Shown here piece by piece: positions 46,925-54,963 of a stretch of DNA of 64,000 nt. Positions within the stretch are counted from its first letter, which is position 1. Each line of letters begins with the position of its first letter. The position numbers and the translations under genes are program-made. The notes under the pieces are model-generated. The model saw only the letters and a program-made list of their open reading frames with translations, was not told the DNA's origin and ran no database searches. The stretch lies in the NCBI GenBank assembly GCA_015233115.1, contig JADFYJ010000006.1, positions 65,801-129,800 of the forward strand, written 5' to 3'. Source of the DNA: Candidatus Omnitrophota bacterium. GTDB lineage: Bacteria; Omnitrophota; Gorgyraeia; Zapsychrales; Zapsychraceae.

Positions 46925-46953
46925 TTGACACTATAAGATGTTGTTGCTACTAT
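46925..46953 (+). promoter_or_regulatory. Sigma70-type promoter for the HU/IHF gene
   Basis: TTGACA-N17-TACTAT. Confidence 0.6.
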
Positions 46954-46981
46954 ACTTACCGCATTGCAAGGAGAAAATAAA

Positions 46982-47254
46982 ATGACGAAAAAAGATATAG
47001 TTTTGAAGATTACCGACATGACTGGCATCAAACAAGTTGATGTTAAAAAAATTGTTCAAAAGACATTTGATGTTATCATTGAGAGTTTAATGCGGAATGA
47101 AAAGGTTGAGTTGCGTAATTTTGGGGTTTTTAAGATCAAAGAACGCCGTGCCCGTTTTGGCCGGAATCCGCGGACAGGGGACAGTGTTCCGGTTCCTCCC
47201 CGTAAAGTAGTAGTTTTTAAGCCCGGCCTTGAAATGAAACAAAAAATAAAATAA
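46982..47254 (+). CDS. HU/IHF family DNA-binding protein
   Basis: MTKKDIV, VELRNFGVF, GRNPRTG and FKPG motifs. Confidence 0.93.
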   Translation: MTKKDIVLKITDMTGIKQVDVKKIVQKTFDVIIESLMRNEKVELRNFGVFKIKERRARFGRNPRTGDSVPVPPRKVVVFKPGLEMKQKIK

Positions 47255-47289
47255 TTAAAAATTTAGTTTTTATTAAAAATAAATTCTAA

Positions 47290-47315
47290 AAAAGCGGAGT
47301 TGATACTCCGCTTTT
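47290..47315 (+). terminator. Intrinsic terminator
   Basis: AAAAGCGGAGT-TGAT-ACTCCGCTTTT. Confidence 0.8.
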
Positions 47316-47350
47316 GAATTTAAACAACCACAAATTTACAAAATTTCAAT

Positions 47351-47381
47351 CCAAAAACCAACAACCAAAAACCATTAACCA
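47351..47381. repeat. Solo arm, AACC type
   Basis: CCAAAAA-CCAACAA-CCAAAAA-CCATTAA-CCA directly before hisS. Confidence 0.65.
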
Positions 47382-47396
47382 ATCAAAATTTATCTT

Positions 47397-48707
47397 ATGA
47401 GTGAAATTTTTTCAGTTCCCAGAGGCACCGCCGATATCCTTCCTGCGGAGATTGGTTTGTGGAATAAAGTCAATTGCCAGGCGCGGTCTGTGCTTAACGC
47501 GTATAATTACAAAGAAATCCGTACTCCTATTTTTGAAGAGACCGGCCTTTTTGCCCGTTCTATGGGGCAGACCAGTGATGTGGTGCAGAAACAAATGTTG
47601 AACTTGGCGAGTCAGGCCAAAGATGAACAGGGACAAATTCAATTATCCGGTTTATCATTACGGCCTGAAGGCACGGCTGCAGTCGTACGTTCCTATATCG
47701 AAAACCGTTTGGATAAAAAAGAAAGCTTAACCAAACTTTTTTATGTGGGGCCCATGTTTCGCGGCGAGCGTCCACAAAAAGGGCGTTTGCGTCAATTTCA
47801 TCAAATCGGGGTGGAAGCGATTGGACCTCAATCCGGTTCGCCTTATTTAGACGCTGAAGTCATATCTTTGAGCATCAATATCTTAAAAAGTTTAGGTTTG
47901 TCCCAGCCAAAATTAAAAATCAATACATTAGGTAGCGCGGAAGATAAAGACAATTTCGCGAAAATTTTAAAAGAAAGAATTCAGCCGTCCGTCATAGAAT
48001 TATGCCCGGATTGTCAAAACCGTTTCGAGCGCAATGTGTTCCGCATTTTGGATTGTAAGAATGAAGCCTGTAAAGCCGTGGTGCGTAAAGTTCAGATTGA
48101 CCGATCTTATTTATCTGAAGCGAGTTTGAAATATTACGAGACAGTGAAAAATCTTTTAACGGATTTGGGCGTGGTTTATGAGGAAAGTTTGAATTTGGTG
48201 CGGGGATTAGATTATTATACTCATACGGTTTTTGAGATTTCAGATTCGTCATTAGGCAGTCAGGATGCTTTGGGCGCGGGCGGCCGTTATAATACTTTAG
48301 TCAGTCAGCTGGGCGGGCCTGAAGTGGAAGCTGTGGGTTTTGCTCTGGGTATGGAACGGATTATGCTTGCTTTAGCTCAACTGCCGGGAGTTGCGTTAAT
48401 TGAAGAGGACAGGGTTGATTTTTATTTTGTCGCTTTTGATGAAAAAACCTTTAAAATAGCGTTTGATCTTATGGCTTTAGCCCGCAGTCAGGGATTTGTG
48501 TGCGATATGGATTTTCGTTCAGGTTCCATGAAAGCTCAAATGCGTCAGGCCGATAAAGCCAAAGCGCGCTTTGTCATGATTATCGGCGAGGATGAAGTGA
48601 ACAAGCAAGCTGTATCCGTAAAAAACATGGATGAACATTCGCAATTCGAATTAGCCTTTGAAGCAGTAAAAAATTTAAGAGGAACCGAATTTTTTAGTGG
48701 TAAGTGA
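47397..48707 (+). CDS. hisS: Histidine--tRNA ligase
   Basis: PRGT, LRPEGTA, FRGERPQKGRLRQFHQ, LVRGLDYY and GGRY motifs. Confidence 0.96.
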   Translation: MSEIFSVPRGTADILPAEIGLWNKVNCQARSVLNAYNYKEIRTPIFEETGLFARSMGQTSDVVQKQMLNLASQAKDEQGQIQLSGLSLRPEGTAAVVRSYIENRLDKKESLTKLFYVGPMFRGERPQKGRLRQFHQIGVEAIGPQSGSPYLDAEVISLSINILKSLGLSQPKLKINTLGSAEDKDNFAKILKERIQPSVIELCPDCQNRFERNVFRILDCKNEACKAVVRKVQIDRSYLSEASLKYYETVKNLLTDLGVVYEESLNLVRGLDYYTHTVFEISDSSLGSQDALGAGGRYNTLVSQLGGPEVEAVGFALGMERIMLALAQLPGVALIEEDRVDFYFVAFDEKTFKIAFDLMALARSQGFVCDMDFRSGSMKAQMRQADKAKARFVMIIGEDEVNKQAVSVKNMDEHSQFELAFEAVKNLRGTEFFSGK

Positions 48708-48722
48708 GTGAACGTCGCTGTT

Positions 48723-48747
48723 GTAGGGGCGATCTCCTGATCGCCCG
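48723..48747 (+). repeat. Single GTAG-type REP-like palindrome
   Basis: GTAGGGGCGATCTCCTGATCGCCCG preceded by CGCTGTT, as at 15727. Confidence 0.85.
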
Positions 48748-48880
48748 AACCATAAAAGAATAAATTTTAATACGATAATATTTTTTGATAAAGAAAATAA
48801 AATCTGTATAATATTACCTTAATCTGTTTGTTTTTGTTAAATGCGTGAAGTATAAAATTTTTTGAAAGGATTTTAAATAA

Positions 48881-50281
48881 ATGTTGCGTACACATACTTG
48901 CGGAGAGCTCCGCAAAGAGCAGGCTAATCAGGAAGTGACGTTGTGCGGTTGGGTTGCGGCACGCCGTGATCACGGGAAATTGATTTTTATTGATATCCGC
49001 GACCGTTACGGGATTACTCAGGTGGTGTTTGTGCCGTCGGTCAGTAAAGAGGCGCATGCTACGGCTGAGAAATTGGGGCCGGAATTTGTGGTCAAAATCA
49101 CGGGAAAAGTTTCAGCGCGCCCTGCCAAAATGGTTAACGCGGATGTCCCGACCGGCGAGATTGAACTTTGCGCGGAAAAATTGACAATATTAAATGCCAG
49201 CGAAGTGCCGGTGTTTGAAATAGAAGATGAAGTTAATGTGGCGGAAGAATTGCGGTTAAAATACCGTTATTTAGATCTCCGTCGTAAAAAAGTATTTAAT
49301 GTGCTGCAGGTGCGGCATAAAATGTGTTCCATTATCAGGGAATGTTTAAATAAACAGCAGTTTATTGAAGTGGAAACTCCGGTGTTAACGAAATCTACTC
49401 CTGAAGGCGCGCGCGATTTTCTGGTGCCTTGCCGTTTGAATCCTGGAACATTTTACGCTTTGCCACAATCGCCGCAATTATTCAAACAAATTTTAATGGT
49501 TTCAGGTTTTGACCGTTATTATCAGATTGTTAAATGTTTCCGCGACGAAGATTTACGGGCTGACCGCCAGCCGGAATTCACCCAGCTGGATATGGAAATG
49601 TCTTTTGTCGACGAAGAAGATATATTCGCATTGACGGAAGGGTTATACAAAGAAATATTCAAACAGATCAAGGGTGTTGATCTTCCGACGCCGTTCCCGC
49701 GCATGACTCACCATGAGGCTATGGAAAAATATCAGAGCGATAAACCGGATATCCGCCAGCCGGGGCAGGAATATGCCTTTTTATGGGTTACGGATTTTCC
49801 GATGTTTAAATATAATGCCGAAGAAAAGCGCTGGGAAAGCGAGCATCATCCGTTCACGTCGTGCAATGACGCGGATATGGAATTATTAAACAAGGGCGAA
49901 TATGCCAAGGCTACGTCTAGAGCGTATGATCTGGTGTTAAACGGAATGGAGATCGGCAGCGGTTCGATCCGTATTCATAACCGGGACATGCAGAAGAAAA
50001 TTTTTGAAATTATTGGCATTGACGAGAAACAGGCATTGGATCGTTTTGGTTTCTTGTTAAAAGCTTTCGAATATGGCGCGCCGCCTCACGCGGGTGTGGC
50101 CTATGGTATTGATCGCCTGGTGTCGGTATTGACCGGTTGTGAATCGATCCGGGATACGATCGCGTTCCCGAAAACACAAAAAGGCAGTTGTCCTATTTCT
50201 GATGCTCCTTCGACGGTGGATCAGAAACAGTTACAGGAATTGGGCATAATGACTATTAAAAAAGGAGATAAAAATGCGTAA
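48881..50281 (+). CDS. aspS: Aspartate--tRNA ligase, bacterial type, lacking the GAD insertion domain
   Basis: RTHTCGELR, RRDHG, STPEGARDF, LPQSPQLFKQ, FRDEDLRADRQPEF and GAPPHAG motifs; only 466 aa. Confidence 0.95.
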   Translation: MLRTHTCGELRKEQANQEVTLCGWVAARRDHGKLIFIDIRDRYGITQVVFVPSVSKEAHATAEKLGPEFVVKITGKVSARPAKMVNADVPTGEIELCAEKLTILNASEVPVFEIEDEVNVAEELRLKYRYLDLRRKKVFNVLQVRHKMCSIIRECLNKQQFIEVETPVLTKSTPEGARDFLVPCRLNPGTFYALPQSPQLFKQILMVSGFDRYYQIVKCFRDEDLRADRQPEFTQLDMEMSFVDEEDIFALTEGLYKEIFKQIKGVDLPTPFPRMTHHEAMEKYQSDKPDIRQPGQEYAFLWVTDFPMFKYNAEEKRWESEHHPFTSCNDADMELLNKGEYAKATSRAYDLVLNGMEIGSGSIRIHNRDMQKKIFEIIGIDEKQALDRFGFLLKAFEYGAPPHAGVAYGIDRLVSVLTGCESIRDTIAFPKTQKGSCPISDAPSTVDQKQLQELGIMTIKKGDKNA

Positions 50282-50903
50282 CTTATTCGTGAAATTTGCA
50301 GGAGTTGCGTTCTGCACATTAATGTTAAGCGCTTGTTCAACAACTAAAGGCGTCGAGGTCAAGGCTTTTATTGATGACCGTCAACGCGTAGACCAGGATT
50401 TGACTCAGGGAAATGCCGGATATATGGCTGGTACTCCGTCTGCTGCGGAATTGAATAAAGATCGTGAGAAAACCCGTAAAGTTTTTGTCATGGAAGTTAC
50501 CAAACCGGCAAAAGGCGTTGACCAGAAATTTTACGAATATAATTATCAAACCGCAAAAGGCCAGGTAGCAAGCGAGTCGCAACCAAGTGAAGCTTCACAG
50601 CCGGTAGTAGAACACAAAACTGCGGTCGAAGAAGAAGCTCCTAAATTAAATATTCCTAATTTTGATGATCAGGCTCCGGCGGTAAAAGCACATAAAACGG
50701 AAACTGAAGCTGTTGCTCAGCCGTCAGGTGATGGGACTTATACGGCATATACCGTTGAAAAAGATGATACCTTGCAGAAGATTGCTGTGAAGTTTTATAA
50801 GTCGAGTAAAAAATGGTACAAGATTTATCAATTCAACAAAGATGTCATTAAAAATCCTGATCATGTCAAAGCGGGTTTAAAAATTAAGATTCCTAACCTG
50901 TAA
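50274..50903 (+). CDS. LysM domain lipoprotein
   Basis: Lipobox LSAC; C-terminal YTVEKDDTLQKIA...IYQFN...KIKIP. Confidence 0.85.
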   Translation: MRNLFVKFAGVAFCTLMLSACSTTKGVEVKAFIDDRQRVDQDLTQGNAGYMAGTPSAAELNKDREKTRKVFVMEVTKPAKGVDQKFYEYNYQTAKGQVASESQPSEASQPVVEHKTAVEEEAPKLNIPNFDDQAPAVKAHKTETEAVAQPSGDGTYTAYTVEKDDTLQKIAVKFYKSSKKWYKIYQFNKDVIKNPDHVKAGLKIKIPNL

Positions 50904-50915
50904 ACTTGGAGGCTC

Positions 50916-51869
50916 ATGGAACGCAATCTCATTTTTGAAAGTAATTATGATCTTCAGGCGATATTTGGAAAATATGATAAGAATTTGATTTTGATTGAAA
51001 AAGAATTAAACGTCAAGATTTCTCGTCAGAATGAGGGTCTTAAGATTATTGGCGATGAGAAACAGGTGGAAAAATCCTGCCAGTTCTTTGAGTATTTATT
51101 CGGCATAGTTAAAAGTGGTGTCAGCATCAAGACTCGCGATATTGCTTATGCTCTCCGCATGGTTAAAGGCGACGGCGCTGTTGATTTTAAAAAATTGGCC
51201 AAAGGACAGATTGATGTTTCGGTTAAGGGACAGTTGGTCATGCCCAAGACCAAAGGTCAGTTTGAATATGTGGAAGCCATTAAGCAAAATGATATTGTGT
51301 TCGGTATTGGACCGGCAGGCACGGGTAAAACCTACTTGGCTATGGCCATGGCTGTTAACGCGTTTAAAAAAGGCTTAGTCCGCCGTATTGTATTGACCCG
51401 CCCGGCTATTGAAGCCGGCGAAAGTTTAGGATTTTTACCCGGCGATATGGTTGAAAAAGTTTCCCCGTATCTGCGTCCGTTATACGACGCGCTGTATGAC
51501 ATGATGGAAGGGGATAAGGTTGAAGAATTGACTGAGCAGGGTATCATTGAAGTCGCGCCTTTGGCTTTTATGCGGGGACGCACCTTGAACGACGCGTTTG
51601 TTATTTTGGACGAGGCTCAGAATACCACTCCTTACCAGATGAAAATGTTTCTGACCCGTCTGGGTTTTGATTCCAAGACCGTTATTACCGGGGATCCGAC
51701 GCAAAGCGATCTTCCTAAAGGAATCCCTAATGGTTTATCAGATGCTCAAAAAGTTTTAAAAAGCATTGAGGGCATTAAATTCGTTCCTTTGACCGCGGAA
51801 GACGTGGTCAGGCATGAATTAGTGCAGAAGATCATTGAGGCATACGAACATGACCATTCCCGAGCATAA
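50916..51869 (+). CDS. PhoH family ATPase
   Basis: GPAGTGKTYLA, RPAIEAGE, MRGRTL, DEAQN and VVRH motifs. Confidence 0.93.
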   Translation: MERNLIFESNYDLQAIFGKYDKNLILIEKELNVKISRQNEGLKIIGDEKQVEKSCQFFEYLFGIVKSGVSIKTRDIAYALRMVKGDGAVDFKKLAKGQIDVSVKGQLVMPKTKGQFEYVEAIKQNDIVFGIGPAGTGKTYLAMAMAVNAFKKGLVRRIVLTRPAIEAGESLGFLPGDMVEKVSPYLRPLYDALYDMMEGDKVEELTEQGIIEVAPLAFMRGRTLNDAFVILDEAQNTTPYQMKMFLTRLGFDSKTVITGDPTQSDLPKGIPNGLSDAQKVLKSIEGIKFVPLTAEDVVRHELVQKIIEAYEHDHSRA

Positions 51870-53211
51870 AAGCGACAAGGAAAATTTTTCCGGGCCTTTG
51901 ACGGGGTTTTCGTTTTTTGTCTTATTTACTTTTTTTTGCTGGAAAATCGGTTTTCCTTTAAGCATCCCGATTTTATATTTCATCGTCGCGATTTATCTTA
52001 ATTACTTCCATAAAGCCACCACGAAATTGTTCCTCAATTTGGGATTGCTCCTGGCATTATTAATGTTTGTCACGGATTTCATCAGCCACTATACCCAGTT
52101 GTCCGGTTATTATGTTCCGGTCGCGGGATTCTCTATGCTGGTGATTTTGCTGTTTAATGACATCCAATTGACTTTTTTGATAACTTTATTGAGCAGTATG
52201 ACCGCCAGCTTGATCATGGGTGGTAATTTTAATATGATGGTGATCTTTTTAGTGAGCGGGCTGACCGCGGCCATGATCGTTAAAGGTGCCCGCACCCGCG
52301 GCCACTTGATTGGCGCCGGAATCATGGTCAGCGCGGCAGGAGCCATGAGTTTGTTTATTACCGGTTGTGGACTGGAACAGTTTATAACGCAGGATTTTCT
52401 TAATAGTAAATTATATCCTCTGGTATGGAATGGTTTGATATCCGCGGCTATGGTAGCGGCCACACTCAAAATTTTTGAGACTATGTTTGGGGTACTGACC
52501 AATTACAGCCTTTTTGAACTGTCCGATTCCAATCAGCCGCTTTTAAAACGTTTAATCATGGAAGCGCCGGGAACCTATCATCATTCGTTGGTCGTCGGTA
52601 ATTTGGCTGAGGCAGCCGCGGATGAAATTGGCGCGAATCCCTTGCTGGCCAGAGTCGGCGCTTATTATCATGATGCCGGCAAAATAATTAAAGCGGATTA
52701 CTTCGCGGAAAATCAGTTTAATACCCCAAGCAATAAACATGATTTTATCGAGCCTACCATGAGCCGTTTGGTGATTTTAAACCACGTCAAAGAAGGCGTT
52801 GAAATAGCTAAAAAATATAAACTGAACCCCCGTCTGGTTGATTTTATCACCGAACATCATGGTACCAGCCTGGTCCATTTTTTTTATCAGCGTGCCCTGG
52901 AATCTGCTGAGGAAGGGGAAGTGGTTAAGGAAGAAGATTACCGTTATCCCGGCCCTAAACCGCAAAGCCCTGAAACCGCGATCTGCATGCTGGCCGATTC
53001 CGTGGAAGGAGCGGTTCGCTCTGTGGATGATCCTAATCCGGCTAGAATTGAAGAAACAGTTAAGAAAGTGGTTAATAATAAATTCATCGACGGACAATTA
53101 GATGAATGCACCTTGACCTTACAGCAAATCGATAAAATTTCCAAGACGTTTACGCGTATTTTATCAGCTATGCACCACGCTCGTGTTAGGTATCCTGATA
53201 AGAAAACGTAA
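51850..53211 (+). CDS. 7TM-HD (HDIG) membrane phosphodiesterase, PgpH-like, without a large extracellular domain
   Basis: Multiple TM helices; APGTYHHS, YYHDAGK, EHHGT, YPGPKPQ and LADSVE motifs; phoH-HD-ybeY context. Confidence 0.88.
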   Translation: MTIPEHKSDKENFSGPLTGFSFFVLFTFFCWKIGFPLSIPILYFIVAIYLNYFHKATTKLFLNLGLLLALLMFVTDFISHYTQLSGYYVPVAGFSMLVILLFNDIQLTFLITLLSSMTASLIMGGNFNMMVIFLVSGLTAAMIVKGARTRGHLIGAGIMVSAAGAMSLFITGCGLEQFITQDFLNSKLYPLVWNGLISAAMVAATLKIFETMFGVLTNYSLFELSDSNQPLLKRLIMEAPGTYHHSLVVGNLAEAAADEIGANPLLARVGAYYHDAGKIIKADYFAENQFNTPSNKHDFIEPTMSRLVILNHVKEGVEIAKKYKLNPRLVDFITEHHGTSLVHFFYQRALESAEEGEVVKEEDYRYPGPKPQSPETAICMLADSVEGAVRSVDDPNPARIEETVKKVVNNKFIDGQLDECTLTLQQIDKISKTFTRILSAMHHARVRYPDKKT

Positions 53212-53216
53212 CAACG

Positions 53217-53270
53217 TGCGCCGTTCGCGGGAGCTCACGGCACTACTCGGACATTGCGTCCTCGGTCGCA
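53217..53270 (-). repeat. ~52-bp dispersed repeat, copy 2
   Basis: Reverse complement TGCGACCGAGGACGCAATGTCCGAGTAGTGCCGTGAGCTCCCGCGAACGGCGCA, homologous to 405-455. Confidence 0.75.
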
Positions 53271-53272
53271 GA

Positions 53273-53296
53273 GTAACCGAGTAACAGAGTAACAGA
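53273..53296. repeat. Solo GTAAC-type arm
   Basis: GTAACCGA-GTAACAGA-GTAACAGA followed by an A-rich tract. Confidence 0.8.
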
Positions 53297-53342
53297 GTCT
53301 AATCAAAAAAAAGCAAAACGCGATAAGCAATAAAATAAAAAA

Positions 53343-53759
53343 TTGGAAATACACGTTACTAATCTTCAGAATAAAATCAAAATCGACTCCAAGCGGGTCA
53401 TCTTGAACGTCCAGAAAATCTTAAACCAGCAAAAAATTGTAAAAGCATCTTTAAATTTTGTTTTTGTGTCCGGACGGAAAATGCGGTTTTTGAACAGCCG
53501 GTACATGAATCATCATGATACGACGGATGTTCTGACCTTTGACTTAAAGGATAAACCGGACGATCAGCGCGTGCGTGGTGAAATATTTATTTCTGCTGAT
53601 GAGGCGGTTAAAAACGCCCGCATTTATAAAACATCTCCAGATCAAGAACTCAAACTTTATATCATTCACGGCATATTGCATTTATTAGGCTATGATGATC
53701 ACCGTCCAAGTGATATTAAAAAAATGAGAGAAAAAGAGCAACAATTGTTGGGTATATGA
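53343..53759 (+). CDS. ybeY: rRNA maturation endoribonuclease YbeY
   Basis: TDVLTF, GEIFIS and HGILHLLGYDD motifs. Confidence 0.92.
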   Translation: MEIHVTNLQNKIKIDSKRVILNVQKILNQQKIVKASLNFVFVSGRKMRFLNSRYMNHHDTTDVLTFDLKDKPDDQRVRGEIFISADEAVKNARIYKTSPDQELKLYIIHGILHLLGYDDHRPSDIKKMREKEQQLLGI

Positions 53760-54487
53760 TTATATCTACAGATGCTATAGTTTTACGAACTTTTGATTAC
53801 CGCGAAACCAGCAAGATTGCGACTTTTTTCACCCTTGAAAAAGGCAAAGTTTCCGGCGTTATGAAAGGGATCCGCAAAGATCCCCGCAAATTCGGCAGCA
53901 GCGTGGACCGATTTTCCGTCAACGGAATTGTTTATTACGAATATAGTCACAGCACTCTGCACCTGATCAGCCAATGCGATTTAAAACAATATTTTTTTAA
54001 ATTGCGGGAAGAATATCGGAAAAATGTGGCGGCAAATTATATTTTGGAATTAGTGGACAGCATTATGGCTCCGGAATTGCCGAATCAGCAAATTTATGAA
54101 TTGATGGTGGATTATTTGAACACTTTGGAGGTATCATCTGATATTGACAAATTGGTCCACGCGTTTCAGATTAAGGTGTTATTATATTCAGGTTTCCGCC
54201 CGCATATTGATTCATGCGTCAAATGCGGCAAAAAAATTGACGGCCGGGTGCGTTTCAGCATGCGGCTAGGCGGGTTGGTTTGCCCGACTTGCCCGACCAG
54301 AGAAACATCTTTTGTAGTCGTATCCAAAGGCGCGATCGCCTCTATGCTCTATATCGAATCGCATAAATGGTCAGAATGCATAAAATTGAAATTGCATAAA
54401 GAAATCCAACAGGAATTAAAATTTATCCTCAATAACTTTTTGGTGTATCATCTGGAGAAACGAATTAAGGCGGGGAAATACCTATGA
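53756..54487 (+). CDS. recO: DNA repair protein RecO
   Basis: AIVLR...ETSKI...GKV...KGIRK N-terminus; CxxC...CxxC zinc finger. Confidence 0.9.
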   Translation: MIISTDAIVLRTFDYRETSKIATFFTLEKGKVSGVMKGIRKDPRKFGSSVDRFSVNGIVYYEYSHSTLHLISQCDLKQYFFKLREEYRKNVAANYILELVDSIMAPELPNQQIYELMVDYLNTLEVSSDIDKLVHAFQIKVLLYSGFRPHIDSCVKCGKKIDGRVRFSMRLGGLVCPTCPTRETSFVVVSKGAIASMLYIESHKWSECIKLKLHKEIQQELKFILNNFLVYHLEKRIKAGKYL

Positions 54488-54885
54488 AACTTTGGTACCT
54501 CGTCATGCGCGGGATTTTTATTAATGAGCAAAAACAAGTGCTCATGCTGCAGCGTTCTGCTAAAAGCCGTACTTTTCCTTTGCTGTGGGAATTCCCGGGA
54601 GGGAAAGTTGATCCTGAAGAACATTTTATGGATGCTTTAAAACGTGAATTCCGGGAAGAAACCGGAATGGTCGTCGAACCAGAAAAAGTATTAGGTTCTG
54701 CTGAAATGGATTTTAGCGATTATCAGATGGCCTATTTATTTGCCCTTGTTTCAGGTGACTCCCAAGAAGTCAAAATTACTTCTGAACATGAACAATTCCT
54801 CTGGGCGGATCAAAATATTTTAAAAAATTTACAAATATCATCCCCGCATCTCAATATTTTGCCGTTAGTTTTGTCTTTGTTGTAA
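54484..54885 (+). CDS. NUDIX hydrolase (MutT-like)
   Basis: WEFPGGKVDPEE...ALKREFREETG Nudix box. Confidence 0.9.
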   Translation: MKLWYLVMRGIFINEQKQVLMLQRSAKSRTFPLLWEFPGGKVDPEEHFMDALKREFREETGMVVEPEKVLGSAEMDFSDYQMAYLFALVSGDSQEVKITSEHEQFLWADQNILKNLQISSPHLNILPLVLSLL

Positions 54886-54963
54886 AAATTTTCAGAGCCT
54901 TGCCAAATCAAGATTATATGGCATACTTGACGTAAATTCCCTTATATATATTAGGTATCTTTC

